Shown: piece by piece, positions 21,492 to 31,819 of the stretch
Position numbering within the stretch: the first letter of the stretch is position 1
How the letters are laid out: every line of letters begins with the position of its first letter
Assembly: GCA_977017575.1 (NCBI GenBank)
Contig: CDRNVI010000044.1
Location: forward strand, 372,001 to 436,000
Length of the DNA stretch: 64,000 bases
Reading direction: 5' to 3'
Source of the DNA: Paramoeba atlantica
Taxonomy: Eukaryota > Protista > Discosea
The notes under the pieces: generated by a model
Databases searched by the model: none
What the model was told of the DNA's origin: nothing
What the model saw: only the letters and a program-made list of their open reading frames with translations
Position numbers and translations under genes: made by a program

Positions 21492-22949
21492 TCGATTAAT
21501 CTCAATCACAATACACCATCGCTTTCGAAAGCTCTTCATGGCATTTTCAAGAGCCCTGAAACGCTGCTTCGATCGCAATGATCAAATCTGCACTATTCCG
21601 AGGGGCTCAACCATTTTTGGAGTCGCCCACTACGGAACATGAAATTTTAGAGCAAAAAAGATTGTGTTGTTTCGTAATGGGCAACAAGAACCATGCACCA
21701 GCTTGCTTTTACGTGCCCAGGGGAAGAATAAACCCTTTCGTAGTCTTTTTGTTCGGGTGATCCCCCATAACCCCGTCTTTGTAGCATGAATCAGGGAGAA
21801 ATCAGAAAAACTGTGAAAAATGCAAGATTTTGACTCCCAAAAAACTAAGTTTTTTTACCTGCACTCGAAAATCTAATTAACGCAGATGCCGTGCATGCAC
21901 GTTCATGAGCCCAGTTCGAGAGCTCTCGAATGCGCTATTATTTTCGAAAATTGGCCAAGCTTTACAAATTTTAGACCCCCCCACATCCAAATTTACACCC
22001 CTGTATGTAGCCTCTTAAAGTGATTAATAATGCAAATATCTGCACTTGTATCCTCACATCATTTTTAAAAGGCTTGCTTTGTGTTATTTCTTAGCGACCC
22101 ACCCATTTATGTGATTTTCGTGCGTGTTTCTTCTGCTGTTCCTATTTTCGAAAGTCTTACAATATGTCTGGGAGCTCCTTACCAATCGCCCTTGGCAAAC
22201 TCACGTTGAACCTCGTAAGAGAACTGACTGATACTCGAAGTTTTGCCCTGTTCAAAATAGCGCAAAAGAATAATTTTTCTATCCGATGTCCTAGTTAAGA
22301 TCATTATGTAAGGATACATATTTCTGTGAACCTGACGGAAAAAACCGAAGCTGGTCTCTGATCGGGGGATACTTCTTTCTAGAATTTTGATGGAGAATTA
22401 TCGGAAGTCATGTAAAATATACCCAATGCTATATGCATGATGTAAAATAATATACATCATACATGTACTTTGTAATGCGAATTAAGGGATGTATAAAAGT
22501 AGAGATATTTTTTACTCTTCTTTTTAAGTATGCGATAATTTGCTGCGCACCATGAAGTCCATTGTATATAATTTTTTGTCATGAGTTTATGTCATGCGCT
22601 ATGTACACGCGTTAAGTATCTGTGCTATGATAGTGGGCAGAGTTTAATAGGGGAATGTGCCAGATAAACTCTTCGGAATATGTTTGGTTTTACGAGTATA
22701 GTACAGTTCACGACAAAAAATACGATGCTGAATATAAATTATTTACCTTGTCTTCTCAAAAACATTTTGTTGGGGGGTGGGCTTCCGGTGGGACTAGGAG
22801 GGATACACCAATTGTTTTCATTAGTCAACTGCAATAAATTTAAAATCCACTCGTATTTGAATATTCCGCTGTATCCGAAAAATTTGGAAAGTTTCGAAAT
22901 TGTGTATCTTTTCAAGCGCGTTTTCTTCTCAGTTTTCTAGGATTCGAAT

Positions 22950-23378
22950 ATGACGTCTGCAGATCTCAAAACTATTTTTGAGGCGTTTTGCGCTTTTGGA
23001 AGCGGTACTGTCGGTGAAATGGACAACACGAAATTTGCCAAACTAGTTCGTGATTCTGGGCTTGTTGATGGCGCTCTAACGACAACGGACGTGGATTTGA
23101 TATTTGCCCATGTTAAGCCAAAAGGTGAACGTCGTATAAAGTACACCACTTTTCGCAACCAAGCCGTCGCAGAAATCGCAAAGAGGAAGAACATTCCAGA
23201 AAAAGAGATAGTCCAAAAGATTTTTCAAGCTGGTGGTCCAGTGGCTCTCGCCACTCAAGCCGATCATGTGCGTTTTCATGATGACAAAAGCACATACACC
23301 GGAATGTATGCCAATGTCGCGGGATCGACTCCTGTGCGAAGAAACTCGGTTTCTCCTAGTCCCCGTAAGGGAATGTGA
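22950..23378 (+). CDS. p25-alpha/TPPP family tubulin-binding protein
   Basis: MDNTKFAKLVRDSGL..TTTDVDLIF and RFHDDKSTYTG motifs. Confidence 0.92.
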   Translation: MTSADLKTIFEAFCAFGSGTVGEMDNTKFAKLVRDSGLVDGALTTTDVDLIFAHVKPKGERRIKYTTFRNQAVAEIAKRKNIPEKEIVQKIFQAGGPVALATQADHVRFHDDKSTYTGMYANVAGSTPVRRNSVSPSPRKGM

Positions 23379-24033
23379 AGTCTGAGACATGAGACTATAC
23401 TGCCTCAAGCGTAGTGGTCATTCGGTATGTACAATCACCGCTTATGTCTATAGGGATTGTAAATATAAAGATGTGCATAGAAAGAAAGTCGTTCAGGAGA
23501 ATATTTATTTTAGTAGTACATCTAATTATAAATGTGTAAACTCTTCGTTCTAATTAATCTTTGATACCAGAGGATCGCACGCTACACTTGTGTGCTCATG
23601 TTTCTACAGGAATAATATGTATCAATAATGTGTACAACAATAATGTATATCATAGAAGAAAAGTACATTCAATGTATTACTTTAAAAATTATTCAGGACA
23701 AAAACGTCTATAGCAAAATCATTCACTGACATGGTTTTTTCAAAATCTCTCCGGAAAGGGTTAATAGTGTTCGTCTGTCGTAAACAGTTACAAAATGCAC
23801 GTATTTTTAACAATACTTTCATTCAGAGGTATACGCAAAACTTAGATCATGCTTTTTTAGTTTACAGACAGTTTTGCGCAAGATTACAAAGTTCAATGCG
23901 TGTGCGCTTCGCTACATTAGTACAGAAGGAATCTTAGTAAAATTTTGACTGGTGTAGTATTTTACCGATACACTCTACTGATATACTTGTACGCACGACT
24001 AGAAACCGGACTAAACAATAAAAATAATACCGA

Positions 24034-25344
24034 ATGTCTCTGTTCTTCCTATTCCTTCCGGTGTACCTCCTCTCACCCGGAGGTCCTGTGGTTTTTACCA
24101 CAGATCCCGTATTACGATGCCCGGACGATGAACAGAATACACCAAACACTGAGGACTCGGCCGAGGAAACTCCAGCGGTTCACCAGCTTCCACCCGATAG
24201 CGTGGATCGATCGCGGTGTGCTCCATCTGCTTTGAACCCTCACAGCCCCGAGGAGGGCACCCGAGCACCACCTACTCACCCAGCCAACGTCTCCCATGGA
24301 TGTCGAGATTCAGCAGCTAGCATTACTGTTGGTGCCACTCGAACGTCGCGTCGTTCCTTTCCACGTTTAGAGGGAAATTCTTGTCGTCGCACGCGTCGCA
24401 CCTACCTTAACGACTGGGTAAATATGCGCCGTCACAGCCGTCCCATCTCTGAGGAGTTGTACCCTCGCTCTGGTCCGCAGGAAGCCGCGGTGGAAGTCAG
24501 TCCCGAGACCGCGCAGCGTCTACATTCTCTAAGGAGTCTTACGGAGCAATACGTGGGACACGTGGATAACTGGGTACAAATGCGTCGTCATCATCCTGGG
24601 CTGCAGCGAAATCTAAATCAGGAATTTCAAGGCCCGCATCGGTCTCGGCATATGGTGCGTAGTCGTATCCCTGCCAGGCGAGGGACTGGCGCCGCCGAAA
24701 CAAACCGCGTATCCCCGCCGCACGCCGATCTTGAGGCGCAATCTATGGCAGCACCCCGACAGTCTGCCCCTCGAACAGCGTTTTTGAACGCTTGGGTACA
24801 GTCCCGGCAGCGCGCCGCAGGTAACGCTCCGAATGCCTCTGCTCCTCTTCAGGCACTTTCGCACCATCCCGGTGAACTCGCTACACATGCCCGACACCCC
24901 TCTTTCCTCTCCCCACGTGACCTAGTGAGTCCAGCCGCCCCCGGATCTCGGGCCAGGACCACCGTCACAGCAAACGCACAACCCGACAACACCCGCCCTG
25001 TACGTCGTAGCCTTCACTGGGAAATGGAATCCGAGTGGGATCGTGCCACCGCCGGGGACGCCATCCAGGATGCCGAGCCTTTCTCCGAACGCTGGGGCAC
25101 GGCCCCCGAGGACCCTGCGGCGCACTCGTTCACGCATCTCCCGTTACACCCCCCGCCCGCGATGCCGCTGCGACGCAACCTTGAGGCCGAGTTTGAGGCC
25201 TCGTTTCACAGGGAGGGCCGTGGAACTTCCACATCGAGTCAAGGGAGTGAGGCAAGGGGTACGACTCAACGGAGGTCTGCCACAGCTGCTACCTCCCGTC
25301 ACAACCGCTCACATTCTGGGTCCACTCTAGGAGGTGAAAGGTAA
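24034..25344 (+). CDS. Disordered 436-aa protein with hydrophobic N-terminus and repeated RRxLxxEF and WVxxRR motifs
   Basis: Long ORF; LQRNLNQEF, VRRSLHWEM, LRRNLEAEF; NDWVNMRR, DNWVQMRR, NAWVQSRQ. Confidence 0.75.
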   Translation: MSLFFLFLPVYLLSPGGPVVFTTDPVLRCPDDEQNTPNTEDSAEETPAVHQLPPDSVDRSRCAPSALNPHSPEEGTRAPPTHPANVSHGCRDSAASITVGATRTSRRSFPRLEGNSCRRTRRTYLNDWVNMRRHSRPISEELYPRSGPQEAAVEVSPETAQRLHSLRSLTEQYVGHVDNWVQMRRHHPGLQRNLNQEFQGPHRSRHMVRSRIPARRGTGAAETNRVSPPHADLEAQSMAAPRQSAPRTAFLNAWVQSRQRAAGNAPNASAPLQALSHHPGELATHARHPSFLSPRDLVSPAAPGSRARTTVTANAQPDNTRPVRRSLHWEMESEWDRATAGDAIQDAEPFSERWGTAPEDPAAHSFTHLPLHPPPAMPLRRNLEAEFEASFHREGRGTSTSSQGSEARGTTQRRSATAATSRHNRSHSGSTLGGER

Positions 25345-25867
25345 GTGCATACTTTTGCATGTGTGGATCTTACCTTGCACCATTGTTTTGCTTGCTTCTG
25401 ACTGTGTTTCTTAATACGGGCAGTACTTTTGTTAATGTATTTTGTTTGAACTATATAAGATGCTCTTATACGGGTTGAATATCTTGTACATAGTATGTAC
25501 GTGATATGGAAGATTTGAACGTTACGTTAGAAGTTTGATCAAATAGGTGGATCTATTTTTTTTCTGGACAGGGTTTATTATGCGCGAGAGAGACAAATTA
25601 TGTTGAATCTTTATTATTTCCATCTGCCATTCGCCTATTTCACTGGGCTTCTACAATTATTTTGCAGTGTATGTTCTTCGTTTTGTACATAAAGCTAAGA
25701 TTTACACTCTTTCTACTCTACGTTTCACACTCCTTAAACAATTCAACACACATCCCAGCCCCACCCTTATCCCCCCACCCCTCTTCCCTCCACCACCCTT
25801 TTCCCCCTCCTTTCCTCACCAACCCCTCTTTTTTCCTCATCTTCCACCACCACCACCCCTTTTTCCC

Positions 25868-27031
25868 ATGCCCCCCACCCTCCTTCTCTACCTCACCCTT
25901 TACCTCACCCCCTTCCACGGTCCCCTCCCCTCCGTAGTTCTCACCACGGACCCTCCCCCCGCCGACACCCACCCCGACCGTGCCCTCCCCCTCCCCTCCT
26001 CCAGCGAGGAGGAGGAAACCCTTCCCCCGTACCCCCACGAATCGGCTCTCCCGTACCCCCACGAATCGGCTCTCCCCTACCCCCACGAACCGGCTCTCCC
26101 CTACCCCCACGAATCGGTCCCCCCCTACGCTAACCCCCCCAGCCGCGACGACATTGCCGTACTCGCCCGGCAGTTTTCCCACCAGGAGCTTCACAGCCCC
26201 CTGTCGTCTTCGACTTCTTCGTCTTTGTCTTCGTCTTCTTTGTCTTCACGTCCCTCCCACCCCTCCCGTCGACCCCTCCCCGCCCGCCACCCTGTACGTT
26301 GGCTCGACCAGTCCACCCGGGCCCGGGCCCAGCGGACCCAGCAGCAGCGACAGCCGTTAGCCACCCGCCTGCAGACGCAACCGCGAAGAGCAGCCGCGCA
26401 ACGGGATCTCGCCCCGGAGTTCGCGGCGGTGGTGGGGGGGAGGAGGAGAGGGGGAGGGGGAGGGGGAGGGGCTGCGACGGTGAGTGCCTTCCCGACACGT
26501 CTCCGATCCCTTCGTCGTGATCTCACGGCGGAGATGGAGAATGCGGCACGGGAGGGGGGACGCGGTGATACAGCAGCAGCAGCAGCGGCAGCGGCAGGCG
26601 GAGGAAACTCCGCTCGTGGAGGGTATGTCCGGGATTGGATCTCGGCGAGACGGGAGAGTGGGGGGAGGGGGGAGAGGGAGGAGAGTGGGATAGAGGGTCC
26701 ACGACGTGTTTCCGTGAAACGTCAACTGCTGCCGGAGTTGGAACGGGAGAATACGGACCCGCAGAGTCCGCAGACACCGGAGTCCGGGGCAGAGGCGGAG
26801 CGGGTGTTTGCGTTGGACCCTGCGCATGTGCGGACGTGGCGGGCGATGAGTCGGGCGCGGGCCCCAGTGCGGCGGTCGTTGCTGCCGGAGTTGGAGGCCA
26901 TGCGTCGCGATAGGGGTGCGGCGTACGTGGGGAGAGATGAACCTATGGCCGATGTTCCACGTGCGTTGTATGCCGACGCGCGACGCCCCCTGAAGCGTAA
27001 TCTTATGGAAGATTTTGAGGTACATGCGTAG
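25868..27031 (+). CDS. Tandem paralog of the 24034 protein (ORF open from 25667; likely start 25868)
   Basis: Shared hydrophobic N-terminus ending VV(L/F)TTDP; five RxLxxE motifs; 4x LPYPHE(S/P)A-type 8-aa repeat. Confidence 0.7.
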   Translation: MPPTLLLYLTLYLTPFHGPLPSVVLTTDPPPADTHPDRALPLPSSSEEEETLPPYPHESALPYPHESALPYPHEPALPYPHESVPPYANPPSRDDIAVLARQFSHQELHSPLSSSTSSSLSSSSLSSRPSHPSRRPLPARHPVRWLDQSTRARAQRTQQQRQPLATRLQTQPRRAAAQRDLAPEFAAVVGGRRRGGGGGGGAATVSAFPTRLRSLRRDLTAEMENAAREGGRGDTAAAAAAAAGGGNSARGGYVRDWISARRESGGRGEREESGIEGPRRVSVKRQLLPELERENTDPQSPQTPESGAEAERVFALDPAHVRTWRAMSRARAPVRRSLLPELEAMRRDRGAAYVGRDEPMADVPRALYADARRPLKRNLMEDFEVHA

Positions 27032-27674
27032 CGCAGCGGGTGGTATGAAGATGTGGTTATTTCGTAGGGTATAGTACCGCGTAGGATAGGAAATGCGGGC
27101 AATGAATTTTTCAGTTCGTGTGCTCGCGAACTAAATGTTTAAGAAGTGTTTTTTTGAAAACATTTCATTTGTGGTGATTCGTACGGCGCTGAAACGGAAG
27201 ATCCTGTACGAGAGCTTGTGCTTACCCCTTGCTAGTTTTCTATATATTTTCAAAAATTTGAGTTGTTAATATTGAGGATATTTTGGTTACGCATGAAAAT
27301 ATAGATGATATTATTCTATTTACATACAGTTTGCTTGTTTTCATATGTGACAATAGAAATGGGTGTTTTGTTTGTATATTTTGATATCGTATTTGTATTT
27401 TTATCGTATAGATCATGGAACATACATTCAATGTACGATTTGGAGAATCATGGTTTGCACGATACGGGATAGAGGCATGGGATATGTGTGTATTAAGAGC
27501 GGGTCGTTTTAATATCTGCTGGTCTTATACTTGTCCTATCTTGTTTTATACTTGTCTTATCTTACAGGTACTTGCATACCTTATACCTATTGTGTGCATA
27601 GTAAACAACGCTTCACGGCACCCTTGTAACAATGTCTCATAGTAGCGAAGTTGTTGATATTCTGTTTCTTTTTA

Positions 27675-29393
27675 ATGGCTTTTGAATTTTACTGGAAAGC
27701 ATTGCGTAGTCCGCTAGCTGACTCATTGCGCACACGTCTCAACGCAACCTTACATAGTGCCCTGGAGTCTCAATCCGAGCTGCAAACGTATGTGAAAGAT
27801 CTCCACATTGTAGACATAAATTGGGGTGAAGTGCCACCGGTAGTTGAGACAATCGAAATTACTGATGCTGACAATTCGGTTGCCACTGGGAACGAGGGTG
27901 TTTGGCCTCATTTATATGGGTCTCCACACGTTCCAATTCATCCTCTCTCTGATCACGAAAACATTGTACAACCTACCTTTTTGCCCGTCAGGAGCCCTTT
28001 TGAAAACACTACTCCAGCGTGTGCAACTTGTGGCATAGAACTTCCTTTGGATAGAGCAGATTTCCATAAATCAAATTTGAAGAAGAGCCCTCTCTGTCCA
28101 TTTTGCTACTACCGAGACCGTCGTTCCCTTCACGCAACGAACTTCATCAATAAAGATTCCGATCAACAAGAGCTGAAGGACTTGACGCTTGATTTTAAGC
28201 CATACACAGTATATATCAACGATTGGAAACAATCAACACGTAGCGAGACAAGACAAAGGCCTGTCCACGTCCCACGCGGGCACGATGCTTCCTCTTCGTT
28301 GTCTGACATCGCCTCTCCCAGGAGCATCTCTTCCCACGATCCAGTAGCGGCCGCTGGTTTCGACAGTAGCACCTTTTTCGGAAATTCCGGGCTCCGACTT
28401 TACTTCTACTGTCAGTACAGCGGCAACTTACAACTACGTGTGAGAGCTACGGTTCACTATGACATGCCACTAAAGCCGGGGCAGCACGTTGGGGCTGCCA
28501 TGCCCTTGGAGTTTACCCTATCCGGGGTACAACTCGAGGGGCACGTCGTGCTGAACATACGAAACCACCAAGCCGATGTCACACTGTTGCGCCGAAAAAG
28601 CACAATGGACGTAAAACGTCCGAATGAAATTTATCATTCCCATGGGAATGCCAATCACCCGACGCGATCCGCGGCCCAGCTGCGGGGAAATGTCCTGCAA
28701 CGGTTTAACCCGGGCGCCGGGGAGTGCCGAGCTCACCGGACCTTATCCGAAGCCTTCTCGACCACGTTAAGCCCAATTGTACGATTCGCATTAACCGTTC
28801 GTATGGGTAACTCTGACCCTCTTTCGGAGGGGACGGAATTCGGTACCAGCTCCGGGTCGCAAGATACCCCGTCCTATGATTTCTCTTCCCTTCCACGATT
28901 ACCGCTCGCGCTACCGAAAGGGACTCACCCAACCGAGGGGAGCGGGAAGAGTAAAGCAAAGGGGGGCGAAAGCCATGCCTCAGTCGGCACACGTACTCTC
29001 GTGGACGGAGCGAATCGTGTGGAGGTTCCATCCAAACCCGTGCGAGCGGTTTACTCTCACACCAAACCGAGCGCTCCTGGTGGGGTGAGGAGGGAACCCT
29101 CTCTGTCTTCTCCTCGACTGGAGGCGTTACGGTCCCCTGCGTTGTCTACAGTTCCTCCGGACGTCGGGCACTCCAAACCTGTCGTCCCGGGATCTGCCTC
29201 GGTGCGTATTATGCATGCCCGAGAGACCAAGGCCCACGGTGAGCATCGGGAACTGCCTTTGATGGAGGGCAAGGCGGGTCGGTATCACACCTACCTCGAT
29301 CGCAACAAGATTGCAAACTTTGTGAACGAACAGGTTCATCAGTGGATTTATGCGAATATGGTGGAGCCGAATAAATTTATTTTTTCCCTTTGA
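27675..29393 (+). CDS. MDM12: Mdm12-like SMP-domain protein (ERMES-type) with large inserts
   Basis: MAFEFYW..LADSLRTRLN..WGEVPP; QYSGNLQL..DMP..MPLEFTLSGVQLEG; C-terminal KIANFV..MVEP..FSL. Confidence 0.75.
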   Translation: MAFEFYWKALRSPLADSLRTRLNATLHSALESQSELQTYVKDLHIVDINWGEVPPVVETIEITDADNSVATGNEGVWPHLYGSPHVPIHPLSDHENIVQPTFLPVRSPFENTTPACATCGIELPLDRADFHKSNLKKSPLCPFCYYRDRRSLHATNFINKDSDQQELKDLTLDFKPYTVYINDWKQSTRSETRQRPVHVPRGHDASSSLSDIASPRSISSHDPVAAAGFDSSTFFGNSGLRLYFYCQYSGNLQLRVRATVHYDMPLKPGQHVGAAMPLEFTLSGVQLEGHVVLNIRNHQADVTLLRRKSTMDVKRPNEIYHSHGNANHPTRSAAQLRGNVLQRFNPGAGECRAHRTLSEAFSTTLSPIVRFALTVRMGNSDPLSEGTEFGTSSGSQDTPSYDFSSLPRLPLALPKGTHPTEGSGKSKAKGGESHASVGTRTLVDGANRVEVPSKPVRAVYSHTKPSAPGGVRREPSLSSPRLEALRSPALSTVPPDVGHSKPVVPGSASVRIMHARETKAHGEHRELPLMEGKAGRYHTYLDRNKIANFVNEQVHQWIYANMVEPNKFIFSL

Positions 29394-29604
29394 GAGTGCA
29401 AACTTAAGGTTATGTCGGGTTACCAAAAAAGGGAAAGTCCATTTTATCGGGAGTCAGCCCAAGAAAGCCTCGACTTGTTGGGAATAAATTTATACATGTA
29501 CTTGTAGAATAAGCTTTAGTTTGTTCTTGTACACCTACATACATGTACTATTCATCTGTATCATTTCTTCTATATTCGAATAGATCTGCACATTTTCATC
29601 CATA

Positions 29605-31819
29605 ATGACTGAAAACGGTAAAATCAAAAGGAACCAAAGGTTCGATGCTGTGCTAAAGGAATTTTCGCTAGATGATAGTCGGAAGACAATAGTACTGGAA
29701 GGGCTAAGCGCAGAGGATCGACGAGATATCCATGTCCTGTCCTCTCACTATGGATTGTGCCACCAAAGCTCGGGATCAAAGAAGAACCGTGTTCTGAAGC
29801 TTTCTAAAGAGGAACCAATTCAGGAGGTAAATCAAGTTCCTCAACCGCTACTGGCACGGGCGATAGTGAAAAACCACGAAATGATTCTAAATTTTCTAAA
29901 AGAAGCGCGTGAGTCCTTGAAAAGTGGCATGCAGAGAGAGAAATTAGGTCTAAGTCGACGCCGACATACATGTAGGTTTAAAAACGTATGTCTATCTACG
30001 AGTATCCCACGTAGCACGCCGCTTTATTCGCATGGCGAAGCTTCAAGAGTCCTAAACTTCCGTAAATCTCTTCCAGCTTTCCAATCCTATCCCGGGATAA
30101 AAAAAAGTCTGCGAAACTATCCTATTGACAATAGGAAAGTTTCCTATTGACAATAATTGTGCTCGTGACGGGTGAAACTGGATGTGGAAAAAGTACACAA
30201 ATCCCTGCCTTGTTACCGGATTCGAATATCATTCCGGCGGAATCGCAAATTGTTGTCACCCAACCCCGCCGTTTAAGCACCATTGCCTTAGCAGAACGAG
30301 TAGCCTATGAGAGAAACCAAAGTGTAGGAGACCAGATTGGGTATCAAATCCGTTTTGAAGAAAAGAAAAGCCCGCAAACACGATTACTATTTATGACCAC
30401 AGGGGTGTTGCTGCGGCGCATGCACACGGATCCGACCTTATCGAAAATATCCTGCGTAGTCGTCGATGAAATCCATGAGCGAGACAAAGACACCGATCTC
30501 CTCTTATTATTTTTACGTGATCTGATACGCAGCATGGGACATACGAAAACGAGTGGGCAAAATCGACTTTACATTGTGTTAATGAGTGCTACTCTCCAGC
30601 ACGAGTCTCTCATTCGGTACTTCTCCTCGGAGGTTCCCTGCTTAAATGGCGCATCCCTCCCCATGATCGCGATTCCTGGTAGAACCCATCCCGTGCGAAC
30701 TTATTTTATAGAAGACATCCTTGATGGGCTCGGACTACCCCAAGATTTTGCCAAACCTCGCCTTCCCATAACCCCTGTCGATTCCCCTACCTGTGTTCCC
30801 CCGGTAACCCCCCCCCCGCACAACCCCCCACCCTCACCCCCCCCCACCCTCACCCACCGCGGCGAACCCCCCCTCCCCCTCCCCCTCCTCGAGTCCCTCC
30901 TCCACACCTACCACCCCGCGTCCCCCCTCCCCTTCTCCCCCCTCCTCTTCCCCCCGGGCCGTCACGCAATTGCTACCGTCCACACGCTCCTCTCTCTGCC
31001 CGCCCCCGGGCCCCCACCCTCCTGCTTCTCCCGCTCCCCTCCGCGCTCTCGCCGGCCCAGCAGCAGCCAGCCCCCCCTCCGGCACGGACCCGCAACCTGA
31101 CCTTCGACCCGTCGTGGACAGCGGGCGGGTCCGGGAGAGGGCCTATGACCCGTGACTCGCGCAGCTCACGACGACGGGGAGGGGGGGGGGTGTCGAAGAT
31201 GGCAGCGGTGCAGAGAAGAGGGCGAGCGGGGCGGTGTGGCCCCGGGTGTGTGTGTAGGCATCTGATTTCCAATCCCCCGCCCATGACACTTGCTACATGT
31301 TGCTGTAGCAAATCGGAAGCCGAAAAGGTAAAGAAGGGTGAAAGATTTTACCTGCCGAACCCTGAAGCCATCGCGTTTTCGTTATCTCAAATGAAACTTG
31401 ATTCCACAGGGGACAGGCCCTTGACATCGGAAGAGGCAAGAAGCTTTGACTATGTCCATATCAGCAGCGACTTTTTCCCTGCTAAGACTTATGAGACACG
31501 AAGATGGATTGCAGACATTCTTTATGATTTACGAGACCTGATCGCCGAGGCATCTGAGAAATGTTTTCGACAATGTAGCGCAAAGTATTTTCCTAACGAA
31601 TTGGTAAAGGCCGTTAGCTACTCGATAAGTCTTACGGCACAGAACTACAATACATCTGAAGGGCTATTGACCGGCGACAGTCACGAAAGTATCCCGACAA
31701 AAATATCTCTTTTTGAACGTCATAATATCAGTACACTTCATGTACATTCCGAAGAAGGGTCAGATAGTGAATCAGACACCGAAATGGAGGTATGTAGTAT
31801 CTCTTCACTGGAAACCTGA
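29605..31819 (+). pseudogene. Disrupted R3H-DEAH RNA helicase (DHX36/DHX57-like)
   Basis: R3H-like RRDIHVLSSHYGL; GETGCGKSTQ; TQPRR; VVDEIHER; MSAT; VVDSG; QRRGRAGR; frameshifts near 30100-30150, ~31000 and ~31185; TGA at 31153; no HA2/OB tail recognised. Confidence 0.8.

Larger units (their letters stand above)
19141..21914. mobile_element. TSD-less 2,774-bp insert with subterminal inverted repeats, microsatellite and tandem array
   Basis: GGGATCATGAACGT (19154-19167) vs ACGTTCATGAGCCC (21899-21912); palindrome CGTGCATGCACG at 21890-21901; sits between A and T of the host MITE. Confidence 0.65.
19070..22003. mobile_element. 160-bp palindromic Tc1-family MITE split by a 2,774-bp insertion
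   Basis: CAGGGGTGTAAATTTGGATG.. / ..CATCCAAATTTACACCCCTG with TA flanks; TIR breaks at AATAGCGCA (19140) and resumes at TTCGAGAGCTCTCGAA (21915). Confidence 0.88.
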
